From Eledone cirrhosa (lineage: Eukaryota), in NCBI GenBank assembly GCA_964016885.1, contig OZ024740.1, forward strand, positions 83,514,001 through 83,578,000: a stretch of DNA of 64,000 bases, written 5' to 3'. Of the stretch, positions 12,079-26,062 are shown one piece after another; within the stretch, counting starts at the first letter, position 1; every line of letters begins with the position of its first letter. The notes beneath the pieces were generated by a model, which saw only the letters and a program-made list of their open reading frames with translations, had not been told where the DNA came from and made no database searches. The position numbers were made by a program, and so were the translations under genes.

Positions 12079-12435
12079 TATATACTTTCCTTATGCATAT
12101 TAACGGCTGAGCAGCCGTATAAAGAGTGAGAAATGAAATTTATTTTTTTTCATTTATCGTTTTCAGTGCACCCTGTCGACTAACTCGATATGCAAATTAG
12201 GCTGCTCAGCCGTTAATATGCATAAGGAAAGTATATACTTTCAAACGTTCAATCGACTGACAGGAAGGCATACGGTGCTGATGACAGCTAATAAGCTAGA
12301 GGCTAGTTCACCGTTCCTTTGTCAGTGTTGAACAAAAGGTCAACGATGGTTGCCGAACACTGTACGGCTAATAATTCGGGCTGTTTGTATACAAGCACTT
12401 CGACCATTATAATAAATGTTCGGTAAACCCATACG
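12079..12435 (+). mobile_element. pLTR-like remnant with a 38-bp perfect inverted repeat and a decayed hammerhead
   Basis: IR 12079-12116/12200-12237. At 12272-12314: acggtg-CTGATGA-c agct aata agct a-GAGG(for GAAA)-ctag-TT-caccgt. Confidence 0.65.
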
Positions 12436-12551
12436 TATATATATATATATATATGTGTGCATGTATGTACGTATATACATACTACTGTACGTCTGTATAT
12501 ATATATGTATGTACGTATACATACTTATATTTTTCCATTTATATATATATT

Positions 12552-12595
<44 letters not shown>

Positions 12596-12597
<2 letters not shown>

Positions 12598-13526
12598 TAC
12601 AAATTATCGAGAATGGAATTTCAGCTCAGGAATTAACGAAAAACACTTCCGAGTTGTGTGGCAAGCGCTCGATAATTCATATGAATTAGAGCTACAACTT
12701 ACGTTAAAGGCCAAACACACTGAGATGGTGGTTAAACTAATCAGCCACACAGCGAAAAAACGATCGACTAATTCGGGTCAAGCAGATACAAAAATATATA
12801 AAATGATAAATGCTTGAAAATTTACCCGGAGCCCTGGAGAGATGGTAAAATCCAGTATTTGGGTTTCTGCGGCTCCATAAGTCATTTACTGTCCTCTTAC
12901 ATAAATGATGTTTGGCTTCTGGTAGGATGACCGAACTAGGAAGACGCGTTGTCAACGGGATTTAGTTCACTAGTCTACACAAGTATATCTGTTACTGACC
13001 CCACGTGGAGTTCAGCAAGGGAGGCAACACTTATATTAGGCGAATGAATTCGTTGTGTATAATATTGCGAAAATTCAAAATATCACAAATCGAATAAAGC
13101 TCTCGACAATGTGCTTAAATATAACAAATCTATTCAACAGTCAATAGAATAAACCAAAGAAAAAAAAAATTTAACTGGCCAATAGCTGGACTCTGGAGAT
13201 TAATACGAGTAAAAATTAGCGAGAATGGAATTTCAGCTCCGGAATTAACGAAAAACACTTCCGAGTTGTGTGGCAAGCGCTCGATAATTCATAATAAATT
13301 AGAGCTACAACTTACATAAAAGGCAAAACACACTGAGATGGTGGTTAAACTAATCATACGCACAGCGAAAAACCGATCGACTAATTCGGGTCAAGCAGAT
13401 ACAAAAATATAAAAATATATAAAATTATAAATGGTTGAAAATTTACTCGGACCCCTGGAGAGATGTTAAAATCCAGTATTTGGGTTTCTGCGGCTCCATA
13501 AGCCATTTACTGTCCGCTTACATAAA
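12596..13526. repeat. About 310-bp direct repeat pair with a 300-bp spacer, bounded by (TA)n
   Basis: 12596-12904 closely matches 13207-13526. Confidence 0.9.
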
Positions 13527-13549
13527 GGATATGTAAGCGGAGAGTAAAT

Positions 13550-13602
<53 letters not shown>

Positions 13603-13606
<4 letters not shown>

Positions 13607-13797
13607 CAAAGGAATTGTAGTAAGGAACCAGATAGACCATAACGCATCAGAGTACTCAATATTTAGGGTAGTAGAGTGGGAAACAGGAAAAAGTATGACC
13701 CCGATGCCAGAGCTCAAGCCGTTTCGACGGCTATTTCTGTCCAGAAATAGCCGTCGAAACGGCTTGAGCTCTGCCGTCGGGGTCATACCTTTTCCTA
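13603..13797. mobile_element. Fold-back element with the 3' half of a hammerhead on each strand
   Basis: Arms 13686-13739/13742-13795; GAAA-cggc-ttgagctct-gccg-TC; same family as 42852-42968. Confidence 0.8.
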
Positions 13798-13816
13798 TGT
13801 ATATATATATAAATAT

Positions 13817-13874
<58 letters not shown>

Positions 13875-13985
13875 ATGTTTGTAGTAAGGTTGCTTGGATG
13901 CGCCCATAAGCGTTATGCCAGTTGAGCACTCTATGCTCCTTCGGAGCAGAGTATAATAAAAGAGGATTTGCTTTGAAACCACTAG

Positions 13986-14078
13986 ACGTATCTGTGGAAC
14001 TTTCGAATCCAGAGTCAATTTCGATCCACAAACAGATCGCACCTCGAGCTGTCCGTCGGAGAAACAAATGTAATACGT
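13986..14078 (+). ncRNA. Hammerhead-like fold, variant core, about 60-nt stem II insert
   Basis: acgtat-CTGTGGA-[~60 nt]-GAAA-ca aa tg-TA-atacgt; perfect 6-bp stem I. Confidence 0.55.
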
Positions 14079-14118
14079 AATAATTGTGTTCCGATGCATC
14101 ACTGATTCTTCGTTTTCC

Positions 14119-14168
<50 letters not shown>

Positions 14169-14922
14169 TACATACACACATATACATATATATATGAAAA
14201 TTCATTAAATGCTATAAGCATTTGCTTATACTATTTTTGAAATTAATATTATATAATATTTTATTGGTATTAAAGGTAGAGTACTGGAATAAATTGAAAT
14301 TTTTAACCATTACGTTATAAACAACAAAGAATGAGATGAATAACGAAAGACATTGCCTGTGACTATTCGTGTTTGCATCATTGTGTTTGCACCATTGTGT
14401 TTGCGGTGGGAAATGTCGTCATGAATCCGCATCTTTTCTTTGCTGGAAACAATAGTTTTAATATCTGTTATTAATAATTCACAATAAGTATTTTTGAAAA
14501 ATAAAACTACTTATATAGAATGACAATAGAATTTTAATACAAGCTTTTGTTAGGTTTACTTATGATATGGGTTTTGATAAAAATATATCTATGGTTATTT
14601 ATTAATTATTTAATAGTTATATTAATTCTACTATTATTGTTATTTTAATACAAATGTAAGTCTGTGATTTGTTAAAAATGTCACTATAACTCCAAATGAA
14701 ATAACGGAATTTTTGAAAAAATTGAATAGAGAAAAATGCTTCAAGAATGAATTTTTTATGAGGCAATCTACAGTAAACAGAAATCACGCCGTTTTCATAG
14801 ATGGAAGGCCAGATGGATCAGACCAATGCGATGGTATTCATTTATGTTCTGGAATATATTATGAGATTTACTGTAATAGACAACATTTTTATGAATTTTT
14901 TCTGTGATATAGAAAACCAAAA

Positions 14923-15265
14923 TTGGAGGCTTGGAAATGCACCTAAGCAATGGTAAACGGGAGTGACAATCCCAATTTTCAGAAGAAGGGAGGTATGTGC
15001 TAAAGCCAAACTTGCTCTATTCAAATCGGTATTCGTGAATCTTTGGTAATGACCGAGGGAATATGATCGCATATACAAGCGGTCGAAATGGGGTTCCTCC
15101 GAAGCGTCTTTGGAGTAATGTTAATCGATAGAATGCGTAACTCGGAGATCAGAGACTCACTCCAGGTATAACAGCTGCTTTTGCAAATTGGGAGATCACA
15201 GCTCTGATATTACTGACATTTCGTAAGAATGTCTCGAGAAAGATTCGTTGGACAGAGTTTACGGA

Positions 15266-15296
<31 letters not shown>

Positions 15297-15307
15297 AAGA
15301 AGAAGAA
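14923..15307 (+). mobile_element. RTE-clade (Expander/Rex3-like) LINE remnant with internal deletions and an (AAG)n tail
   Basis: Translates W.TGVTIPIF, then AKLALFKSVF, then IQAVEMGFLRSVFGVMLIDRMRNSEIR. Confidence 0.65.
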
Positions 15308-15409
15308 TTTGTTAAAGTTATATTTCAATGTATGTTACATAACGTTCTTAACACTTACTTTATCATGCAAAAGTGAAGGAAATATAAAACGACTTGGTAA
15401 TATTATTAT

Positions 15410-15504
15410 GAATTTGCCTTTCATCCAAACGGGGTCGATGAAATAAAGTACCAGTAATGCACTGGGTATTTGCTGGCCTTGTGCCTAAAGTAGAAACAAT
15501 TATT
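15410..15504 (+). mobile_element. SINE family 1 3' fragment
   Basis: Reverse complement of the 1866-1955 portion. Confidence 0.8.
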
Positions 15505-15685
15505 ATGAAATTGTAGTGAATGTTAAATTTCACGCATATATATTCCTACTGAATCTCAATGATTTATCGTTTCCTACAAATATAGCAAAACTAGATGGCC
15601 CGTCCGACTGGCTCTCGGCTAGCTATACTTGCCCCACCACTCCACTGCAAAGATACCACACACCCTCCCGTCTCACATTGTCCTT

Positions 15686-16099
<414 letters not shown>

Positions 16100-16100
<1 letters not shown>

Positions 16101-16243
16101 TGTATATATTGAAGGGAGATACGGAAACGAAAACAGTGTTGTCATATAGAGAGTGAAGAGCGGCAGAGAGAGTAAAGCAGTTAAATTATAGAGAGGGGGA
16201 ATAATCTTACATGCATACATACATACATACATGCATACATACA

Positions 16244-16275
<32 letters not shown>

Positions 16276-16641
16276 AAGTATAGATATGTGTGTGTGTTTG
16301 TGTGTTTGTGTATGTGTATGTGTGTTTGTGTATGTGTGTTTGTCCATGTGTTTGTCTGCGTGTTTTGTTTTGATGTTATCCGGCAATTGGCGAAATTAGG
16401 TGTTAAAGTATGTGTATTTGTGTGTGTGTGTGTGTGTGTTACTTATGCGAGCGACGATAGAAAAAGTGTGTGGGATACATACATTATTATATTTGGCTGT
16501 ATTTTCGTTCTGCCACCATTATATTATGATATTTGTATCCAAATGATTTTAGAAGTATGTATTACCTTCTTGCCCGTCCCTCTGTTTCTCTTTCCCTGTC
16601 TTTCTCTCTCTCCTCTCTCCCCTCTCTCTCTCTTTAGATGT

Positions 16642-16683
<42 letters not shown>

Positions 16684-17448
16684 TTTTACTAATCCGTCTC
16701 TTTCACTCTCTGTCTCTCTAAGATGGTTGCCTCTTCATATATGTATTACCTGTTTGTGTGTTGACCGAATTTGAAGGAGGTTATCCTTTTGAAATAAACA
16801 TACGACGTTCATCTCTATGTTGATATATTGAAGGCAGATACGGAAAGTAAAAGAGTGTTGACATATAGAGAGTGAAGAGAGACAGAGAGTAAAGCAGTTA
16901 AATTATAGAGAGGGTGAAAGAGAGGGAGAGAGAGGGAGACGACACTCAGCTTTATAATATTAGATAATAAAGAGCGACAGAGAGAGTAAAGCAGCTACAT
17001 TATAGAGAGGGGTAATGATCTATTATAGAGAGTGGGAAGAGCGACAGAGAGAGAGTAAAGCTAAGAAACTATAGGGAGGTGTGTAGTATACGTGTTGACC
17101 GAATTTACATACGACGCTCATCTCTATGTTGATATATTGAAGGTAGATGCGGAAAGTAAAAGAGTGTTGTCATATAAAGAATGAAGAGAGACAGAGAGTA
17201 AAACAGTTAAATTATAGAGAGGGTGAAAGAGGGAGAGTGAGATAGAGAAAGACAACGCTCAGCTTTATAATATTAGAGAGTGAAGAGCGACAGAGAGAGT
17301 AAAGCAGTTAAATTATAGAGATGGGGAATGAGCTAATATATACAGAGGGGAGAGCGACAGAGAGAGTAAAGCTAAGAAATTATAGGGAGGTGTGAAGGAT
17401 ACATACATAATACATACACACGACACTCAGCTTTATAATATTATAGAT
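16100..17448 (-). mobile_element. Tandemly repeated non-autonomous Helitron-like 5' segments
   Basis: Repeated units with ends ctcagctttataatatta(ta)ga (TC..TAATATTATAAAGCTGAG on -) near 16945, 17258 and 17426. Confidence 0.5.
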
Positions 17449-17722
17449 ACAGATTCTTCAAATTATCGAACGCATTAAATTAGTCGAACGAAAATGTGAT
17501 CTGGATATTTTCTAAAATGATCATAAACGCATTAAATACATCTATTAATATATTCACTTATATTTCTCGGGGACATATCTCTCTATTAGCGCTGCATTAT
17601 CGGAAACGATCATTTCATGTTTTAGGTACGATCCTCTACTTGCACATGTGTTAAAGAAGAATCATGATACTTATTAATATTGCATAAAACATTTGAGGGG
17701 AGAATTTTAATCCAAATTATCT

Positions 17723-18186
17723 CCTTATAATATATAACCAGCAATTTCTCTGTCTGTCTGTCCGACAGTGGAAACACGTGCGCGCGTGCGAATTGCTTTT
17801 TGCACACGCGTAGGGAGAGAGTGAGAGTGAAAGAAAGAGACAGACTACGAGAGGGGGATAGCGGGAGGGAGAGAGGGAGAGAGAGAGAGTGAATAGACGC
17901 TAAAACAAGTCCGCGCGAGCGAATGTTTTTTGCGCACGCGTAGAGAGAGAGTGAGAGTGAAAGAAAGAGACAGACTACAAGAGGGGGATAGCGGGAGGGA
18001 GAGAGGGGGAATTGAGGAGTGCTGCAGAAACATATATATATTTCTGTGTGTGTGTAATATATATATATATATATACACACAGAAATATATATATATGCAC
18101 ACAGAAATATATATACATTTCTGTGTGTGTAATATATATATATATATATACACACAGAAATATATATATATACATTTATGTGTGTG

Positions 18187-18241
<55 letters not shown>

Positions 18242-18318
18242 GAAATATATATACATTTATGTGTGTGTAATATATATATATACTAGCAGAAAACCACACG
18301 TGGGCGGTTTTCTGCTAG
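17723..18318 (+). mobile_element. Non-autonomous Helitron-like element
   Basis: 5' tatatataa..tctgtctgtctgtc; ends in hairpin ctagcagaaaacc..ggttttctgCTAG-t. Confidence 0.5.
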
Positions 18319-18820
18319 TCTATATATATAAAACTAATCTTGTCTGTGTGTGTGTCCTCGCTTTTGCAAAGTCTATACAATTCCACATTTCTACTCCAAT
18401 TGACTACAAACTTGCATTTATATATTCCTTACGGTCTAAAAATATTAACTGCAGCTTTTATTTTTCAATTTTCTGTTGTTAAAGGGTGTTAGGCGCCGGT
18501 TATCCATCTCCGTCGTGCTCTTATAATATATGTATGTATGCCTGCCTGTCTGTATTACGATATTCTGACGAACATTGATGACGTATTATGTTCGCTATTA
18601 TCCGTTCATTGCCAGGGAACGTCTTCACGAACCAAAGTATCGACTTCCTGTCCTCCTTCGGTTGCAACGTTTTTCGAAATACTTCTGCGTTCACAGATTG
18701 ATGTTTTTAGTTTCAGAAGATACCGTTAAGGGTGAAAGCAATGATTCTTTGCTTAAACTTTAATCTGTTATTTTAATCTATGTATGTATATATATATACA
18801 ACTGAGGAAGGATGTATGTA

Positions 18821-18856
<36 letters not shown>

Positions 18857-19433
18857 CCGAGATGTATCCAACCGATCTTTTTCAAACTTTACAGATGTAT
18901 TACGTATATATCACGGAGTGTTATGCACATACGAACAAATTCAACTTGTTGATGCCCTAGGGCAGGCATAACGTGAAAAACTGCGCTTTTTCCAGCTTTT
19001 TAGGTTTTTTTTTAGGTATTACGGCAGACCGATTTCCTTGCAATTGTAACTATGTATTAGTCAGTCTCTTCTTCAGCCCGTGAGCAAAGAAAATCTAACT
19101 TTGTATGGCCTAGGGTCCGCATTAGGTGAATAACTTCATTTCTTTTCAGCTTTTTAGGGCCTTTTTGAGGCGTTACATCTAGCCGACTTTCCCGAAATTT
19201 CAAGGCATATTATGCACATAAAAAAAAATATTTTCTTGATCCCCTAGGGCCAGCATTAGGTGAAAACCTGCGTTTTTCCTGCTTCATCGATGACAATCTT
19301 ATATTGTCCAGCCATCAGAGTATTCGGTTTACTATCTTTACATATCCAGGCATGCAGTTTTTCCACGATTAGGTCTGTTGGCGAACCGCGTTCCAAAATA
19401 CCTTATCCCGTGCAACGCCGGGTACTACTACTA
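18319..19433 (+). mobile_element. Non-autonomous Helitron
   Basis: 5' TCTATATATATAAAAC; 3' hairpin cccgtgcaacgccggg followed by CTAG-T. Confidence 0.7.
18709..18759 (+). ncRNA. Type I hammerhead fold with variant core CAGAAGA
   Basis: agttt-CAGAAGA-t acc gttaag ggt-GAAA-gca atgattctt tgc-TT-aaact; same family as 47274-47601. Confidence 0.6.
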
Positions 19434-19959
19434 GTTTATTCTATAAAACGTCTACTTGGTCAGAATATGCGAAACTAATATCGCCATATTCCGGAATCTA
19501 TAAAACCTGACTTTACAAACATCTCGCTAACCACAATCTTACATTAATTTGGGGGAACGGGAAGTATATTTATATAGTATAGATGAGATTAATTAAAATA
19601 TTATGCGCTGATTTATAATAATTAGTTCTTCTACAGTAAGTAAAACTGATTTCGTCGGAACTTTAGGAATTTAGTTTTCTAACATAATTTTAAATAAAAG
19701 TTTATTTAAAATTACCGAGTAATCAATAATGATATAACATAGTATATCGTCCAATGGAATCATTTTCCATGCAGCTTTCTTATGTTCATTGAGTATGGTT
19801 GAAGTTTGAAAAAAATGACGCAATGTAGTAATTTAAGATTTTGTAATTTACAAAGATAGTCGTTGTGTTGATTTCACAAATAATATTGCTGCACCTATTT
19901 AACCTTACACCCACACCCTCACACCCACACCCCGCACCCACCCCCACCCCGCACACATA

Positions 19960-19991
<32 letters not shown>

Positions 19992-20161
19992 GGAACACAC
20001 ACACACACACACACACACACACGCGGCGCGCACACACACACACATATATAAAAATATATGGGGGATTCATAGTTCATCGGCTGTGATTTTTAGATTAGAA
20101 GCAACAGTAATATTTCTCAATGTATTTAAATAAAAGTATAAGTAGAATCATTATCTATCTA

Positions 20162-23100
20162 TCTATATACTAGTAAAACTCTGATCTTGCGTGCTTGCTT
20201 GCTTGTATGTTATGTAATACAGCCAAAAGGCCGCATAATGGTAAATACTTTGAAAGCAAGATGCCTCTGAAATGGGAATATCAATTGAATAAAACAAGTT
20301 TCCTGAAAACCTGATCCCGGGTTCCCGAGATTCGCGGGTTTTGGGGTACCTTCGTAAATAGCCACAACGGTGCATACTGGGAAAATACCGCGAAATTAAC
20401 ATAACCATGCAAAACTTCGTAAATAGCCAAAACATTGCATAATGAGAAAATACTCTGAATAAAACAAGTTTGGCGTAAATCGCACATGGACAATATTTTC
20501 AATTTTCCAAAAATAGCAAGGAATTTATTTAAATTCAATTTATCGTATTTTATTATGAATATCGAAAGAAATAATCAATTTGTTTTTTGGTTGTCCATTC
20601 TGTAGGTAAGAGAGACAGAGAGGGGTGAAAGAGAGAAAGAGAGAGAGGGGATGAGACAAAGAAAGAGAGAGTGAGGGTGAGCGAGAGAAAGAGAAAGAGT
20701 GAGGGGATGAGAGATAGAATAGAGAGATCAGAGAGAGAGGAGGATGACAGATAGGGAAAGAGACAGCGTCCTTAATTTTTTTTTTATTTTAACTTGCCCC
20801 CTATCCATAACGTTATTTCTTTCTCTCTCTTTCACAGTTCTACTACCAGCGTGTGTATCTGTATGTGTATGTATGCCAGTGCAGGTGTTTATGTAATTAG
20901 AGACATGTTTGTGTGTGTATGTGTGTGTAATAGTACTTAAGTTAGAGACACATATATATATATATATATTGTGTGTGGAGGGGGGATTCCTCCGTAAATA
21001 GCCAAAATGGTGCATAATGGAAAAATAGCCATGTAAGTCATATAACCCTGGAATGGGGATAAAACAAGTTTGACGTAAATCGACATAAACTATTTTCATC
21101 ATTCGAGAAATATTTTTAATAATTATTAAAAAAAGATTTTTCAGTGATTTCTCAGTGAATATGATTTCAAAACTACAAGTTGTTTGTACTTCAAGTATCT
21201 CTATTTGAGCTTTCTTTAAACAGACGATATTTTAATTATCAGAAAAACATTAAGTGAATATGACTGAAAAATACCAGTTGGTTTTAAAAAGTAGGTGTTT
21301 ATACTTTTGCTTTTGTTCAAATATTTAGAAATATTTTAAATTGAATTTGATATTACAAATAGCTTTATTTACATAGACAATATCTTCATTTTTTTAAATT
21401 ACTTTTGAGTTAATACGATGGAAAAAATATTTCTTGGCATACTTAAAAAATATTCTTAAGTGAAAATGACTTAAAAAATACAAATTATTTGTACACTGAG
21501 TATATATATTTCAGCTTTCTTTAAACAGAATATTTTAGTTATTAATAAGTATTTTTTAAGTGAATATGATTTGAAAAATACGAGTTGTTTAAACAGACAA
21601 TATTTTCATTATTTAGAAATATTTCTAAATGAGGATTTAAAAAAAATATTTGTTGAGGTAATAGGAATTTTTTCTAAGGTGAATACGATTTTCGATTCTT
21701 AAATAATGCCTCGACGAGGAAGAAAGAAGACATCTGGTTGGTCTATCGATAGTGGAAAGAAAGTACGGCTAAAGAGAGCCGAAAAAGGTGAGCACGATAG
21801 TGGTCAACGCCAACATGATCGGAACAGGCATGCGAATAGAATGATCGATGAGACTGATAAAGCAAGGGCTGCGCGTCTGGTGGAACAGAGGCAAAGAGAC
21901 AGAAGCAGGAGAGATCATGAATCAGATGGTCGGAGAGCTGCGCGTCTGGCGGAACAGAGGGAAAGAGACAGAAGAAGGAGAGTTCATGAATCGGATGGCC
22001 GGAGAACTGAACGTCAGGCGGAACAGATGGAAAGAGACAGAAGCAGGAGAGATCATGAATCGGATAGTCGGAGAGCTGAGCGTCAGGCGGAACAGAGGGA
22101 AAGAGACAGAAGAAGGAGAGATCATGAATCGGACGCTCGGAGAGCTGAACGTCTTTGCCAACAAACAATTAGGGATAGAGCAAGGACAGTTCAACGATGT
22201 GACCTCTCTGCTGATGTTGGATAGATGAATAAACATCTGTGTCTGTTGTCCTGCAATGCTTTTTCATGGTGAAACTGCTAACTTTTTCTGTATAAATGGA
22301 AACGTCAGGTTGGGGAATCTGCAGCCTTTACTCCAGGAACTTCACAGTTTATTTATTACTGATCAACCTAGGGCAAACGAGTTCAGGAAGAACCTCAGAC
22401 AATACAACTGCCTGTTCCAAATGACATTTTTTGGGCCGAAGAAGTTCGTTCCTCAAGGAGTGGATGGAATCCTTCTATCGTTATTCTTGGTCAAATTCAC
22501 CATTACATAGGTTCCTTAACCCGTAATGCCAACGAAGAACCCCAATTTCTTCAAATTTACTTCTTGGATCCTCAGGATAGTGTTTATTTGAGGATCAGGA
22601 TACTACATAACATTCAGCGCGCCATAGTTGAATTATTGGAAATAATAATTAGACAGTATAACCCTTACGTTGCTTCATTTGGAATGGCAAAAAACAAATT
22701 TAAAATATTCCCGAAGCTTCGATTATTATTGATCCTGATAGCAAACCAGCAATGGAACACGAGAGAAGATTCAATGCACAAACTGCAAACGAAGTTGCCG
22801 TTATTATACAAAACAGCACCGAACTTCAAGCAAAAGCACGGCGCATTGTGTTGAAAGAAAAAGGCGGACAATTGCAAATAATCTCAGAGTCCCATCGGTC
22901 CTATCACAGTTTGCAGTATGTTCTATTTTTTCCTTTTGGCGATGACGGATGGCATCATGAGCTGCTAATGAGCAACAAAAAGAAGTTGACGCCAATGCAC
23001 TACTATGCCTATCGAATAATGAACCATGAGAATGAATTCAACCAACTTCTCAGAGGCGGTCGTTTATTTCAGCAATATTTGGTTGACATGGCTGCGAAGA

Positions 23101-24305
23101 TTGAAGGAGATAGACTGCAATACATGCGAACGAATCAAACATCATTGCGATCTACAACATACAAGGGCCTTACTGACGAATTGAATGATGACGATTTTCG
23201 CAATATTGGTAGGCGAATTATACTCTCTTCCACATTTGTCGGTGGACCGAGATATATGATGGAGCGATGCCAGGATACCATGATGTACATACGGAAGTAC
23301 GGAAACCCTTCGTTCTTTATCACAATGACATGCAATCCAAACTGGCCTGAAATCCGGCAAAACCTATTTCTGAATCAGAAGCCACATGACAGGCCAGATT
23401 TAATTGCCAGAGTATTTTACCTGAAGCGGAAACTGTTAAGAAAGTATCTAACTGGAGTAGATGGCTTATTTGGCAAGTGCATTGCTTACGTACTGACAGT
23501 CGAATATCAAAAGTGAGGTCTTCCTCGTGTGCACTGTTTGCTATGGCTCAATGAAGCCTCCAAGCCCAGACCGCAGAAACATGATAAATTTGTTCAAGCC
23601 GAAATACCAGATCCAAACAAAGATCCAGAGGGTCATGTATTGGTGCTGAAGCACATGATCCACGGTTCGAATTGCTCTAACAATTCGCCGTGTTGGATAG
23701 ATGGAACGTGCAGTAAGCGGTTCCCTAAGCCTTTCAATGAATATACATTGTGTGGAGAGGACTCTTATCCTGTGTACAGAAGACGGTCTCCAGGAATGGG
23801 AGGATTTGAGGGGCACCAAGAAGGAAGGGGAAGCCGAAATATAGCTTCGGAATGGGTGGTTCCCTACATTATGAAACTATTAAAACTGTTCAACTGTCAC
23901 CTAAACGTAGAGATGTGCTCTTCCGTGAAATCGATCAAATACGTTATCAAATATACCATGAAGGGCAGCGATCAGGCAATTTTTGAAGTGAACAGGGAAG
24001 ATGAGATAATACAGTATTTAACAGGAAGATATATCGGTCCTTCAGAAGCTGTTCCCTTGGTACTTGGATTTCGTGTTAAGAGAGGATGTGTGTGTGTGTC
24101 TGTAACCAGTTTATATAGGCCACAGACACCCACACACACAAACACATATATATATATATATATACACGTACATATACACACACACATACACATATATATA
24201 TTGGCTTTCCAATGTCATTTTACATTATATACATTTTGTGTATATTTTAATTATTTAAAAATTATTTTTAAGTGAACATGACCCACCGAGTCACGGGTGG
24301 TCTAG
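20162..24305 (+). mobile_element. Internally deleted Helitron (Rep region kept, helicase lost)
   Basis: 5' TCTATATACTAG, 3' hairpin acccaccgagtcacgggt plus CTAG-T, contains Rep coding remnants. Confidence 0.88.
21706..24075 (+). pseudogene. Helitron Rep (RepHel N-terminal part), frameshifted and truncated
   Basis: LQYVLFFPFGDDGW, GGRLFQQYLVD, GGPRYM, FITMTCNPNWPEI, DRPDLIARVF, EYQK*GLPRVH (HUH motif II mutated), KYVIKYTMKG (motif III). Confidence 0.9.
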
Positions 24306-25291
24306 TATTTTATAAAGGTAATTCATCGTTAAACGTTCAATTTAATACATATCTTCTCAGGATGCTATGAGGGACTTTCTTCTAATTTGGCAACATTTAG
24401 CCTAAAGGGAGTTACACCCCTAGGTAGACTAAAATAATTTACTGTTCCAGCGCGAAAAATAAAGAGTTATATATGAAAGCATTCTAGGCAATTACGTGCA
24501 TCAAACACCACGTTCAACCTTTCTTCCTTTTACTCTTCCTTTTACCGTTTAGTAGCTGAAGATACAGGACTCCGGTTATTACCTTAATGATGCAGACTAT
24601 GGCTTTACGAGTATTTTTATAGCAATTATATATTTAAAGAAATTGAGAATGAAGTATTGAATTACTTCCGAATCCTATTATTGCTAAATTACTTGCCAAA
24701 TCTCTAAATCCTCTATCACAATTACACTTATCAATATTTCCTCATACTCATCCTCAATCATGTCATCTCAATCTTATCAACCCTTATCGTCAAGATAATA
24801 GTAATTTAATAATTGTGTTTCAAATAGATGTAGCGCTCTATAAGTCTTCAAATATAACTACTAATCTATGGGATACAGTGTATCTACATTTGTGACAACC
24901 ATTTATCATATAGTTATAAATGTTACTATATCTAAAGAGTTTGAGGCGAGTATTCTGCAAATTTCTCAATAGCGTAAATGGTTGTCATTCAGAGAATTAA
25001 ATTAGATCTTTTTATTGCACAGGAAATGAAAAGCATTCAAAATATATTGTAATTTTTTTTCTTTCGTTTTGATTTGAATTCGTGCATTAACAAAATCTTG
25101 CAAATATATATATTATCAAAAAATTTTATGTAAAAAAACGAACAGAAAACATGGAGTTCTTTCATACTTAAATAAATTTAAAGGAATATTTTTTAGATCT
25201 ACTTACACAATAGGGAGAAAGTGGCAAATTCCCTGTACACGTAGGGTAATTACTAAATGAAGTATGCAGCTCGAGAATATCTTAAATAGGT

Positions 25292-25374
<83 letters not shown>

Positions 25375-25378
<4 letters not shown>

Positions 25379-25890
25379 CGTAGTTTAGAAAGCCACAACA
25401 ATGCAGAGGGAAATCTCGAGGTAGGAAATGAATGATAGATAGGAGAAATAGGATAAAGTGAAAATTGAGAGAGACAAAGATGAAAACAAAACAAAGGTAG
25501 AAGGGTTACCGTAGTGGAGATTCAATCCCAATATTTCGGGCTCACGCCCATCAACGGGGGAAAGTTCCAAAAGGGGGGGAAAACAGGCTAAGCGGAGAAA
25601 GTTGTGATGTCGTTAAAACAGGAATGCCGTTATAACGGCATTCCTGATTTAACGACATCACAACTTTCTCCGCTTAGCCTGTTTTCCCCCCCTTTTGGAA
25701 CTTTCCCCCGTTGATGGGCGTGAGCCCGAAATATTGGGATTGAATCTCCACTACGGTAACCCTTCTACCTTTGTTTTGTTTTCATCTTTGTCTCTCTCAA
25801 TTTTCACTTTATCCTATTTCTCCTATCTATCATTCACTTCCTACCTCGAGATTTCCCTCTGCATTGTTGTGGTTTTCTAAACTACGTATT
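25375..25890. repeat. Spacer-less 516-bp near-perfect palindrome in (TA)n with a degenerate minimal hammerhead in each arm
   Basis: Centre 25632/25633, about 3 mismatches. At 25704-25739: tccc-CCGTTGA-t gggc gtga gccc-GAAA-ta-TT-ggga. Confidence 0.92.
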
Positions 25891-25930
25891 TTACACATTT
25901 CACAATGCTTCAAGCAAACTTTAACACCCT

Positions 25931-26062
<132 letters not shown>

